From Escherichia phage BAU.Micro_ELP-22, in sequence record OR699282.2: a stretch of 64,000 nucleotides of DNA; one strand, given 5' to 3'. Within the stretch, counting starts at the first letter, position 1, and each line of letters opens with the position of its first letter. Position numbers and translations under genes: made by a program. Positions 46,493-55,735 of the stretch are shown here, one piece after another. The notes beneath the pieces were generated by a model. The model did no database searches. It saw nothing but the letters and a program-made list of their open reading frames with translations, and was not told the origin of the DNA.

Positions 46493-47818
46493 ATGACTAC
46501 TCAAAACGATATCCTGAACGTTAAACTGACTCCAAAGAAAGCTAAAGAAGCAATGGCACTAGCTGACATGATTCAAGATAGCCTGATGATTTGGGGTAGC
46601 CCAGGTATCGGTAAGTCTGCAATCGCTCGTCAATACGCTGATGAAAATTACCCACTGCGTAAAGATAACGTAGCTAAAATCGAGTTCATGAAACAACAAA
46701 TCGAAGCTGACCCTGAAAATGCTGATCAGCTACGTCGTGAACTGGCTGCATTTGAAGCAAAACTAATCGACCAAGATACTAACTTTATCGATTTCCGTTT
46801 GTCTCAAATCGAACCAAGTGACCTTCGCGGTATTCCAGTACCAGAGAAGCTTTTCCGTAAAACTGACGGTTCTCTTCTGAAAGAATCTGAGCTTGCCGAA
46901 GCAAAAGATTATGTAGCTGAAACTGCGGTAGTATGGGCTGCACCTAAAGTTCTGAAATTGTCCGAAGATTGGAAAGGTGTTATTCTGTTTGACGAAATTA
47001 ACTCTGCAATGCCTATTGTTCAGGCAGCGTCTTATCAGCTAATCCTCGACCGTTGTGTTGGTGAGATGAAGCTACCTAAGACTGCACTGATTCTTGCAGC
47101 AGGTAACCGTGAAACTGATGGCGGTGTAACTTTCTCTCTTGCTACACCACTGCGTGACCGTATGACTCACATTGAGATGATTCCTTATCATCAAGATTGG
47201 ATTAACGATTATGCGATTGCAAAACGTTTGAACCCAGCAACTGTTGCGTTCATCAACAACACTGGTTCTAAGTACTTTAACACACTTAGTCCACAAGATC
47301 CTTCTCACAGTGGTGGTACTTCTCCACGTTCATGGGAAGCAGTAGCACGCTACGAAGATCTCAAGAAAACTAAGACAATTGATAAAGAAGTGTTCCGTGC
47401 AATGATTGCTGGTCGTGTTGGTGAAGGTGTTGCAACTGAATACATTGAGTACGTTGAGAACGTTGCTAAACTACCAGATACTATGTCTATTCTGTCTGGT
47501 GAAATCAAAGAAATCGACGCAACGCTGGATATTTCTGCGAACTACTTTATCACTCTGAACTTGGTTTATAAAATTATCGACCTGTTCAATGAGAAGCAAG
47601 AACAACGTCTACCAGTGGAAGAATGGGGTAAACTGTGTAACAACTTCATCACCTTCCTAGACCATAACTTCTCTGCAACTCAAGCAGAACTGGCAGTACT
47701 GGCAATTCGTACCATCACGCTTCATAAGGTTGCGATTTCCATTAAAGATGTACCAGCGTTTAAAGATTTCATCGCTAAGTACTCTGATCTTGTACGTAAA
47801 GCACGCTCTCTTGGCTAA
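46493..47818 (+). CDS. AAA+ ATPase, MoxR/CobS-like (441 aa)
   Basis: Walker A MIWGSPGIGKSAIARQY and Walker B VILFDEINSA; codon choice (ctg, cgt, ggt, atc, ttc, aaa) differs visibly from neighbours. Confidence 0.7.
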   Translation: MTTQNDILNVKLTPKKAKEAMALADMIQDSLMIWGSPGIGKSAIARQYADENYPLRKDNVAKIEFMKQQIEADPENADQLRRELAAFEAKLIDQDTNFIDFRLSQIEPSDLRGIPVPEKLFRKTDGSLLKESELAEAKDYVAETAVVWAAPKVLKLSEDWKGVILFDEINSAMPIVQAASYQLILDRCVGEMKLPKTALILAAGNRETDGGVTFSLATPLRDRMTHIEMIPYHQDWINDYAIAKRLNPATVAFINNTGSKYFNTLSPQDPSHSGGTSPRSWEAVARYEDLKKTKTIDKEVFRAMIAGRVGEGVATEYIEYVENVAKLPDTMSILSGEIKEIDATLDISANYFITLNLVYKIIDLFNEKQEQRLPVEEWGKLCNNFITFLDHNFSATQAELAVLAIRTITLHKVAISIKDVPAFKDFIAKYSDLVRKARSLG

Positions 47819-47839
47819 TTAACAAAGAGTTGTTGACAA

Positions 47840-47868
47840 GAAGGATGCCTAATGGTATCCTTCTTTTA
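47840..47868 (+). terminator. intrinsic terminator (gaaggatgcc-taat-ggtatccttc + T-run)
   Basis: 10-bp stem with one G-U pair plus TTTTATC. Confidence 0.5.
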
Positions 47869-47892
47869 TCTTAACTAAACGAGGAAATATAC

Positions 47893-49317
47893 ATGTCAGA
47901 TAACAAATCTACTTCAAGATTCAATGAAGTATCTCCGGCACTCCAGAAAGAATGTCAAGAACGTCTGGTTCTGGCTCGTACATCTTTGATGTTAACTGCA
48001 CCATTCTTTGGTGTACTCGCTTCACGTTTACGTCCAGTTCCTAATAATACATGGTGTCGTACTCTAGCAGTGGATGGTAAACATCTATTCTACAACGTAG
48101 AATTTGTAATGGGCATTCAAGACCCATCTAAAAAGAAAGAATATGAAGAAGCTATTCGTGAAAAGCACCCTGAAGTTACAGACGAACAATTAAAAGAAAT
48201 GACTGAAGGTTTGACTGATGAAAACCTTGTTGCTGTAATTTGTCATGAAATTCTACACTGTGCTTACGATCACTTCCTTCGTCGTGGTATGCGTGATCCG
48301 CAACGTTATAACCGTGCAGCGGATTATGCCATTAACCAAATCATCGTTCGTGAGAAAATTGGAAAAATCCAAAGTTCATGGTTGTATGATAAAAAATATG
48401 AAGGTATGACCGCAGAAGAGATTTACATTCTTCTTGAAGAAGAAGAACAAAAAGAAGATGGTGAAGGTGAAGGTCAACCACAAAGTGGTGGTGGCGAAGG
48501 TGAAGGTAAAAATCGCGGTACTTTTGGCGATATTAAAGATGGTAAGGGTAAACCAAAAGGTACTACCATTGACCAGCATGACGTTCCACAAGAAGGTCAA
48601 GAGGGTGGTTCAAGTGAACAGCAAAAACGTGATTACATGGATGATTTCAAAACAGCAATGATGAATGCTGCTCGTGCAGGTGGTACACCAGCAGAAATCG
48701 CTCGTATGATTAACAACTTTAAAGAACCAAAGATTGACTGGCGTTCAAAACTTCAACGTACACTTCGTAGTTGGTTGAAGTCTGATGCAACATATCAAAA
48801 TCCGAATCGTCGTTCTTGGGGTGCAGGTTTTGGTTCTAATGGTTCATTCTATGGTAATCCAATTTACCCAGGGATGAAACCAGATGATGATATTGATATT
48901 GCGATTGCACTAGATGCTTCTGGGTCTATTTCTGAAGATATGCTTCGTGATTTCATTAGTGAAGTTCTTGGCATCACTAAACAATTCAAACAGTTTAAGA
49001 TTCGTATCATGACTTTTGATACTGAAGTTTATACTGTAAAGGATTACAAAACTGGCGAAGAACGTAAGATTCTGGAATATCCAGTAAAAGGTGGTGGTGG
49101 TACTGACTTTGAAGCAGTATGGGTTCATATGAAGAACGACAACTACAAGCCTAAACAGCTTGTAATGTTTACTGATGGTGAACCGTGGCAGTCATGGGGT
49201 GATCCAAACTACTGTAAAACACTGTTCGTGATTCACAGTAACCCAAATAAAGTTGCACCATTTGGTGAGACTGTACACTACGAATATGAAGCTGATAAAA
49301 AGCGTCAACGTAGTTAA
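47893..49317 (+). CDS. vWA-domain protein with N-terminal HExxH putative metallopeptidase-like domain (DUF2201-type partner of MoxR ATPases)
   Basis: ICHEILHCAYDH (HExxH) in the N-terminal half, Gly/Glu-rich linker, then vWA MIDAS-like DIAIALDASGSIS and ...MFTDGEP. Confidence 0.6.
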   Translation: MSDNKSTSRFNEVSPALQKECQERLVLARTSLMLTAPFFGVLASRLRPVPNNTWCRTLAVDGKHLFYNVEFVMGIQDPSKKKEYEEAIREKHPEVTDEQLKEMTEGLTDENLVAVICHEILHCAYDHFLRRGMRDPQRYNRAADYAINQIIVREKIGKIQSSWLYDKKYEGMTAEEIYILLEEEEQKEDGEGEGQPQSGGGEGEGKNRGTFGDIKDGKGKPKGTTIDQHDVPQEGQEGGSSEQQKRDYMDDFKTAMMNAARAGGTPAEIARMINNFKEPKIDWRSKLQRTLRSWLKSDATYQNPNRRSWGAGFGSNGSFYGNPIYPGMKPDDDIDIAIALDASGSISEDMLRDFISEVLGITKQFKQFKIRIMTFDTEVYTVKDYKTGEERKILEYPVKGGGGTDFEAVWVHMKNDNYKPKQLVMFTDGEPWQSWGDPNYCKTLFVIHSNPNKVAPFGETVHYEYEADKKRQRS

Positions 49318-49330
49318 GTACTAAATAATG

Positions 49331-49358
49331 AGAACGGAATTTTCCGTTCTCTTCTTTT
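49331..49358 (+). terminator. intrinsic terminator (agaacgg-aatttt-ccgttct + T-rich)
   Basis: 7-bp perfect stem plus CTTCTTTTAT. Confidence 0.55.
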
Positions 49359-49364
49359 ATAAGT

Positions 49365-49392
49365 GGGACAACTTATAAAAATATGATATAAT
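49365..49392 (+). promoter_or_regulatory. promoter, gtGGGACA-n16-TGATATAAT class
   Basis: Same architecture as the sites at 19256 and 30352. Confidence 0.4.
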
Positions 49393-49426
49393 AGTTAATG
49401 TACCAATATACATGGAGAGTATTAAA

Positions 49427-49672
49427 ATGGAACAAGAAAATAATCAAATTCAACTAACCCTTCTAGACCTAATCAATGCTGCAAAAATCATGGAAGCTGC
49501 TGTTGCACGAAACACCTTTAAAGTTGAAGAACTTGTCGAGGTTGCTCCAGTTGTATCTAAATTTGTTTCTTTTGCAAATGTCGCTCTTGAAGATATTAAA
49601 GCACAAGAAGATGCAGCTAAAGAAGAAGCTGAATCACAAGATAGTGAAACTCAAGAAGATAAAGGAGAATAA
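49427..49672 (+). CDS. small acidic protein (about 81 aa)
   Basis: Start moved to the Met with GGAGAG RBS (ORF track 49412). Confidence 0.45.
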   Translation: MEQENNQIQLTLLDLINAAKIMEAAVARNTFKVEELVEVAPVVSKFVSFANVALEDIKAQEDAAKEEAESQDSETQEDKGE

Positions 49673-49674
49673 TT

Positions 49675-50331
49675 ATGGCAGCTATTCGTCATGTTGGTGT
49701 AATGCGTAATACAGGTTCTCGTGTTTTTGTTGTTTGGCGTTCACTACCAGATGATCCTGAACACTGCCTTATCGTTTATCGTGATTCACTACCAGAAGCA
49801 TATGTTCACGCAGTAACTGATATTGTTATGGGTCATGGTCAATCTAATATTGATTTGTGGGAAGTAATGCATAAAATTGGTTATCTCGATGGACGCAAAA
49901 TGCTAGATGTTCTACACAACATGCAGCATCTACGTCGCGTTCGTACTTGTGACATTGATATGCACACTGGTGGTAATAATAAAATTTCTCTTGATGTTCT
50001 AAACAAAGCATTAGATGAGAATCAAGCGAAAGTACAAGAAGATGGTAAAGTAAAAGACTTTAACCCATTCAATCCACAAGAAGCAGACACTAAAGTAGAA
50101 GAAGCTACTATTGTAGAAAAACTTCTCTCTGATGCACAAAAATTTGAACAACTGGCTAAAGAACATTATGAACGTGCATACAATTTAGAGCCAAGCTTGC
50201 GTCCGCAAACACAAGTTGTTGAACAACCGAAAGATAGTAAAACAATTTATCTAGAAATTCCAGAAGGTATTTCACAGACTAAAGCTATTGAGAAAGTAAA
50301 ACAACTATTTGCAGAACGTAAAGCAAAATAA
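49675..50331 (+). CDS. hypothetical protein (218 aa)
   Basis: ORF coupled to upstream stop; no motif. Confidence 0.45.
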   Translation: MAAIRHVGVMRNTGSRVFVVWRSLPDDPEHCLIVYRDSLPEAYVHAVTDIVMGHGQSNIDLWEVMHKIGYLDGRKMLDVLHNMQHLRRVRTCDIDMHTGGNNKISLDVLNKALDENQAKVQEDGKVKDFNPFNPQEADTKVEEATIVEKLLSDAQKFEQLAKEHYERAYNLEPSLRPQTQVVEQPKDSKTIYLEIPEGISQTKAIEKVKQLFAERKAK

Positions 50332-50334
50332 AAT

Positions 50335-50928
50335 ATGAAAAAGAATGAATTAGATGAAGCAATTAAAGGTTTATCTAATGTATGTTTTAGTGGCGGGGCA
50401 GCAGGTGCTGACCGCCTTTTTTCTATCTATGCAAAAAATAATGGATTTGAAGTTATTAATTTTTCATTCAAAGGTCATGAGCATAGTGTAGATGAAAGTA
50501 CTATATTAGAAATACCATCCAATATTCTATCTGATATTTCTATATTAAATCAACTAAACATTGCATGTTACTCGTTGCAGCGAAAAGTGCCAAAGCCTGG
50601 TTCTTATGTTTACAACTTACTTGCAAGGAATAGTTATCAGATACTTAATACAGAAAGAATATATTGTATTGCAAATATCACATCACCAACTAAGGTAAGT
50701 GGTGGTACTGCATGGGCAGTACAGATGTATATGGATTCAGTTGAAAATCCTGAAATTTATTGTTATGATATGAATTCACGTTCAGTATTTTATTTCGATA
50801 CAGTACTGAAAGAGTTCACACAAACATTCGTCGTTCCAGCACCACATGGTAACTGGACTGGTATTGGTTCACGCAATGCCACAGAAAAACATATGGAACA
50901 TTTTATTACATTTTTCAAGGAAGAATAA
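50335..50928 (+). CDS. Rossmann-like protein with glycine-rich loop (SLOG/LOG/DprA-like)
   Basis: VCFSGGAAGADRLFS near the N-terminus resembles the phosphate-binding loop of SLOG-type domains; weak. Confidence 0.25.
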   Translation: MKKNELDEAIKGLSNVCFSGGAAGADRLFSIYAKNNGFEVINFSFKGHEHSVDESTILEIPSNILSDISILNQLNIACYSLQRKVPKPGSYVYNLLARNSYQILNTERIYCIANITSPTKVSGGTAWAVQMYMDSVENPEIYCYDMNSRSVFYFDTVLKEFTQTFVVPAPHGNWTGIGSRNATEKHMEHFITFFKEE

Positions 50929-51857
50929 TGAAACAACTACAAGAACTATATCAAAAAATTCTAGATGAAGGCGTAGAAAGCGTTGACCGTACTGGTGTTG
51001 GAACAATCAAACTTATCGGTCAACAAATGCGTTTTGACCTTAAAGATGGTTTCCCAGCAGTGACGACAAAACGTCTAGCTTGGAAAGCAATGACTTCAGA
51101 ATTACTATGGTTTATTGAAGGTTCCCATGATGAGCGTCGCCTTTGTGAAATTTTGCATGGAACTCGTGATACAGAAAAGAAAACTATTTGGACAGATAAT
51201 TACCTAAATCAAGGCGTTGCTCTTGGTTATACTGATGGTGAGTTAGGTCCAGTGTATGGTAAGCAATGGCGTGAATGGGAAGATTATAAATTTAGTTCCA
51301 GTACTGAAGAAATTCAAGAATTAAAAGATAAAGGATACAAAGTTATCGATTATACTGGTTCACATGGTGTTGTTATGAAACGTACAACTGACCAATTACA
51401 GGAACTAATCAATGGTATAAATTCCGATCCATATGGTCGTCGCCATATTCTAAGTGCATGGAACGTTGGTGAGCTTGATGATATGACGTTGCCACCTTGT
51501 CATAGCTTTGTACAATTTTGTGTAGTACAAGGGAAACTAAGCTGCATTCTACATCAAAGATCCGCTGATCTATTTTTGGGAGTTCCATTTAATATCAGTA
51601 GTTATTCACTACTAACTCATATGATTGCACAAATTACGGGTTTAGATGTTGGTGAATTTATTTGGAATGGTGGTGATTGCCACATTTATAAAAACCACGT
51701 TGAACAAGTAAAAGAACAACTACAGAGAAAACCTCGTGAATTACCTGAATTATGGCTTGATCCTACAATTACTAATATTGAAGATTTCACAATGGATTCT
51801 TTCAAATTAATGAATTACAATCCAATGCCAACAATTAAAGCACCGATGGCTGTATAA
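50928..51857 (+). CDS. td: thymidylate synthase (ThyA family), uninterrupted
   Basis: DRTGVGT, LPPCHSFVQF (catalytic Cys), HQRSADLFLGVPFNISSY and GGDCHIY match ThyA along its length; contains a 30-40 aa insertion relative to E. coli ThyA; 1-nt overlap with upstream stop. Confidence 0.9.
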   Translation: MKQLQELYQKILDEGVESVDRTGVGTIKLIGQQMRFDLKDGFPAVTTKRLAWKAMTSELLWFIEGSHDERRLCEILHGTRDTEKKTIWTDNYLNQGVALGYTDGELGPVYGKQWREWEDYKFSSSTEEIQELKDKGYKVIDYTGSHGVVMKRTTDQLQELINGINSDPYGRRHILSAWNVGELDDMTLPPCHSFVQFCVVQGKLSCILHQRSADLFLGVPFNISSYSLLTHMIAQITGLDVGEFIWNGGDCHIYKNHVEQVKEQLQRKPRELPELWLDPTITNIEDFTMDSFKLMNYNPMPTIKAPMAV

Positions 51858-51860
51858 AAG

Positions 51861-51891
51861 AAAAGGGAGAACTGATGTTCTCCCTTTTTTA
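51861..51891. terminator. bidirectional intrinsic terminator at the convergent gene junction
   Basis: gggagaac-tgat-gttctccc flanked by an A-run on one side and a T-run on the other; lies between the td stop (51857) and the minus-strand fibre gene stop (51892). Confidence 0.6.
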
Positions 51892-53856
51892 TTATCTAAT
51901 TGTTACCAATGTTCTTCCGTCGAAACGTACATCAGGTGTTGAAGGTATACTGAACACTACGTTAGTGCCGTTAAACGTCACGCTATCGACCTCAACACGA
52001 GTATAGACACCAGGACTAACCTGTTCCTGTATCTCTGCTGTGACGATGTTTGAGGCTGTTACAGTAAGGGTGTAGTAGTTACCACTTAAGACCCAAGATG
52101 AAATGGTAAAAGCATCGGTTCTCACTGAACCTGAACCAATTGGAACCCATTGACCTTGAACTTTTTGCATTGAAGTACGCTCGGTATTGGAGTATGCAAT
52201 CATACCATCAACGCCAACAGAGTTATCAATAGTAGCTAGTACTGGTAATTGGATACCATATCTATTAAAACGTGTTCTTATAGTTCCATTATCATAGATA
52301 CTTACATCAGCATAATTACCCATTGATAGTTTTAAATCAGAACTAACTAATTGGATTGTACTTTGATTAGTAGCACTTTCTAATGTAATTATACCATTAG
52401 CTAATAGATTTATATTTTTAAATTTATTAGTTGTTCCATTAAAATTAGTATTAGCTGTAAAAGTACTAACACCATTAACTGTAATGGTATCTGATGCAGC
52501 ATCACCTAATGTGGTATTACCTTGAATGTTCAAATTACCACTAGCAGTTATATTACTAGCTGATGTATCCCCAGTTAATGTACTTGTACCATCAACAACA
52601 ATATTACCATGAAACGCACTTTCGCCATTTTTAAATTCAACTTGAACTTTATTCATTGAACTAAATGAAATAATATTACTACTAGCACTTAATCCCACAT
52701 TAGTATTAGTTGCATTATCAAATCTTAGTACTGGCGTTGATGCAGGTGTTGATGTTGATTGATATAATGTTAGTGTTGAATTATTAATTCGAACACGTTC
52801 TGTACCAGCAGTACTGAACCCAATTGCGTCATCGGCTGGATGAAATATACCAGTATTAGCATCGGACCACTTAGTTGGGTCATTACCTGGGTTATTCGTT
52901 GGGTCAAACGGATTATTGTTAAATGTCAATGCTGGTGCTGCTGCACTTCCATACACCACCCCAAAACGCCCAGAGCCGTCTGTTCCATCATTATACATGG
53001 AATCACCAGTTCTACGTAAACACTCAATCACAACGTTATCTATGGATGTTTGAACGGTCCCTGCGTTTGTCCTAAATTGACGATGATTTGCAATCATTAC
53101 AGTATTGTCATATAATACTGAAGCAGCGGAAATGCTTGTTCTTGACTGGCGTAGACGTATGTTTTTATCTTCAGTTATAATAATCCAATCACCATCTGAT
53201 AGTGCGGTTTGGTTCATTGGAACACCTGAAGCAAATGGTTTGGTTAAGTCAGCATCTGTTGCTAAATTTTTAAGACCATCATGACCAGTACTCGGAATAG
53301 ATGCAGGAATAATTCTAGCGAAAGCGTATGTTACTAGTTTAGCACCAGATATATTTGGATTAGAGTCAACATAATATAAAATTTCAATCCAATTACCTTG
53401 TCCAGTTGGATTTGTAGGAGTAAATGTAACAGGACTTGTTTGTGGATTATTTGCTTCATAATGGGCTTGTGCGGCATCCATAATACCACGAACAACATAA
53501 TAATCACCATTTAGTGATGCTGCTGGTGCTGGTAGTGGAGTTTGTGCTAAAGGTGGATCAATATCATCTGGAATAGGATTATATGTACCAACAAATTGTA
53601 AACCACTAGTTACTGAATCTGGTAATTGGGAAGTAAGAAGTTTACCATTTGCATCTAAGTTTGCAAAACGGCGATATGCCATCGTACCATCTTCAAAATC
53701 CAGAACACCTTCAAACGATTTCCATTCCTTATTGTATCTAATCATCCCTGATCTTATTACATCAGCGGTTTCTTTTGATGGTGCTTTCGGTAACTCTAAA
53801 AAAGATTTACTATCAATAATTACACCACCATCACCTCTAATTCGATTTATACTCAT
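51892..53856 (-). CDS. tail fibre protein (654 aa)
   Basis: Thr/Ser/Asn/Gly-rich with beta-helix-like repeats (TLTGDTSASNITASGNLNIQGNTTLGDAASDTITVNGVSTF); ATG with GAGGAAA RBS; TATAAAT late-like box about 25 nt upstream. Confidence 0.6.
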   Translation of the reverse strand: MSINRIRGDGGVIIDSKSFLELPKAPSKETADVIRSGMIRYNKEWKSFEGVLDFEDGTMAYRRFANLDANGKLLTSQLPDSVTSGLQFVGTYNPIPDDIDPPLAQTPLPAPAASLNGDYYVVRGIMDAAQAHYEANNPQTSPVTFTPTNPTGQGNWIEILYYVDSNPNISGAKLVTYAFARIIPASIPSTGHDGLKNLATDADLTKPFASGVPMNQTALSDGDWIIITEDKNIRLRQSRTSISAASVLYDNTVMIANHRQFRTNAGTVQTSIDNVVIECLRRTGDSMYNDGTDGSGRFGVVYGSAAAPALTFNNNPFDPTNNPGNDPTKWSDANTGIFHPADDAIGFSTAGTERVRINNSTLTLYQSTSTPASTPVLRFDNATNTNVGLSASSNIISFSSMNKVQVEFKNGESAFHGNIVVDGTSTLTGDTSASNITASGNLNIQGNTTLGDAASDTITVNGVSTFTANTNFNGTTNKFKNINLLANGIITLESATNQSTIQLVSSDLKLSMGNYADVSIYDNGTIRTRFNRYGIQLPVLATIDNSVGVDGMIAYSNTERTSMQKVQGQWVPIGSGSVRTDAFTISSWVLSGNYYTLTVTASNIVTAEIQEQVSPGVYTRVEVDSVTFNGTNVVFSIPSTPDVRFDGRTLVTIR

Positions 53857-53901
53857 TTAAATATTTCCTCAGAATAGATTTATATGATGTATTTATTTTA
53901 G

Positions 53902-53934
53902 TTAAAAGAAAAGGCCAAGCATAGACTTGACCTT
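53902..53934 (-). terminator. intrinsic terminator on minus strand
   Basis: Minus-strand hairpin aaggtcaag/cttggcctt (one mismatch) followed by TTTTCTTTT after the 53944 gene. Confidence 0.45.
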
Positions 53935-53943
53935 AATATGTTA

Positions 53944-55680
53944 TTAAACTACAGAAACTCCACTCATTGAAGGTGGAACGATTTGTTCAGCAATTAATAA
54001 TAAATTAGTTACTGTAAACTTACCACCATGTGACATTAACGTAATAGGTGTTCCATTAGTTACTAGGTTACCATTTTCATCAACACTTAAAAATGTATTA
54101 AATGAAATAGTATCAACCGTGATAGTTGGTGTTCTAACTTGATTGATATTATTAAATTGAGTATTTGTAAAATTAATAGCAAAACTCATATTAGACGAAC
54201 TAGTAGTCCATGTACCGTATATATTTAATTTGAAATTTAGAGAGGAATTGAAATTATAAACATTTAACTTATTACTTGTTGTATTGAAGAAACTATCTAG
54301 TGTTCCACTAGTGGGTGTGAATGATTTAAGTATTTGAATTAAATTTTGTTCAATTCCATCAGTGAATTGTATATTTAAGTTTGAATAATATAATTCTCTT
54401 TTTCGACGAATTAGGTTAGTAGTATTATTACCATTAACAAATAATCCAGTACTATCTGATGTTAATATATTACCAGAGGTATTACTGATTTTAGATGAAA
54501 TTACATTAGCGTCAATAGATATACCATTTCCCGCAGTATATGAGGATGGCCCAGATGGAACATACAACCCATTTACGTCAGTTGTTAACGTATTTCCTGG
54601 CGTTGTGCTTATTTTAGTTGAAATTGTTTCAGAACTAATAGATATACCAGTACCACCAACGTAATTTATTCTTGTATTAGGTACAAATAATCCAGTACTG
54701 TCAGTAGATAGTATATTACCAGAAGTAGAACTAATTTTAGTACTGATTACTTCACCACTGATAGAAACACCGGAACCAGCACTATAAGATACTGAATTAT
54801 CAGGCACAAATAAACCATTACTTGTAGAAGATAGTATGTTTTCTGATGTCGGGTCAACCTTCACACTTATTACATCATCACTAATTGAAATTCCATTTCC
54901 TCCATTATAAGTAATTGAGCTATTAGGTACGAATAATCCATTAATATCTGATGTTAGTATATTACCAACAGTAGAACTAATTTTAGTACTTATTTGGTCA
55001 TCACTAATAGTAATGCCAGTACCAGCATTATAAGTTATCGAATTATCCGGCACGAATAGACCAGTACTATCAGTTGTAAGGATATTTCCTAAAGATGTGC
55101 TTATTTTTGATGATATAATATTATTATCTATTTTAATACTTTCACTACCTGTATATGTTACGGTATTATCAGGTACATATAAACCATCTTCGGCAATCGT
55201 GAGGATGTTACTAGGTGATGTACTGATTTTAGTTGAGATAGTATTATCACTTATTGATACACCCGTGCCACCAGAATACACAATTGAGGTATTAGGTACA
55301 TATAAACCATTAGCATCAGATATCAGAATATTTCCAGAATTTAAACTCACTTTAGCAGATATAACATTTGTATTAACATCTATACCATTTCCAGCTACAT
55401 AACTTACAGTATTATCAGGAACATACAAACCATTAGAATCATTACTAAGAATATTGCCTTGTGTTGAACTTATTTTTGTGGATATTAAATTAGAAGATAT
55501 TGATATACCAGTTCCACCTTGATAGTTAATAGTATTATCTGGAACATATAAACCATCACTTTCATGAATTAAAATATTTTTATTTTTAGTACTAATATCA
55601 GGCACTGGTATCTTGCCTATTAGTTCGCCGTCATAACTGATATCACCATTTACAATAATATCTGTTCTTATATTATACAT
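53944..55680 (-). CDS. tail fibre protein built from about 12 tandem 33-aa repeats
   Basis: Repeats of the form GNILT.DSTGLFVPDNS.TY.AGTGI.IS...ISTKIS.T.; start moved to ATG (55680) with AGGAAA RBS (ORF track used TTG at 55704). Confidence 0.6.
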   Translation of the reverse strand: MYNIRTDIIVNGDISYDGELIGKIPVPDISTKNKNILIHESDGLYVPDNTINYQGGTGISISSNLISTKISSTQGNILSNDSNGLYVPDNTVSYVAGNGIDVNTNVISAKVSLNSGNILISDANGLYVPNTSIVYSGGTGVSISDNTISTKISTSPSNILTIAEDGLYVPDNTVTYTGSESIKIDNNIISSKISTSLGNILTTDSTGLFVPDNSITYNAGTGITISDDQISTKISSTVGNILTSDINGLFVPNSSITYNGGNGISISDDVISVKVDPTSENILSSTSNGLFVPDNSVSYSAGSGVSISGEVISTKISSTSGNILSTDSTGLFVPNTRINYVGGTGISISSETISTKISTTPGNTLTTDVNGLYVPSGPSSYTAGNGISIDANVISSKISNTSGNILTSDSTGLFVNGNNTTNLIRRKRELYYSNLNIQFTDGIEQNLIQILKSFTPTSGTLDSFFNTTSNKLNVYNFNSSLNFKLNIYGTWTTSSSNMSFAINFTNTQFNNINQVRTPTITVDTISFNTFLSVDENGNLVTNGTPITLMSHGGKFTVTNLLLIAEQIVPPSMSGVSVV

Positions 55681-55702
55681 ATATTTTTCCTTATAATGAA
55701 AC

Positions 55703-55729
55703 AAAAAAAGGTCAACTATTGTTGACCTT
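55703..55729 (-). terminator. intrinsic terminator on minus strand
   Basis: Minus-strand hairpin aaggtcaac-aatag-ttgacctt followed by TTTTTTT after the 55736 gene. Confidence 0.55.
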
Positions 55730-55735
55730 TATTAA

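Noticed and set aside
48376-48661. ORFs 48376-48600 (-) and 48434-48661 (+) with poly-Lys/Phe translations
   Set aside because: Frame artefacts of the Gly/Glu/Lys-rich linker (gaag/ggtg repeats) inside the vWA protein gene.
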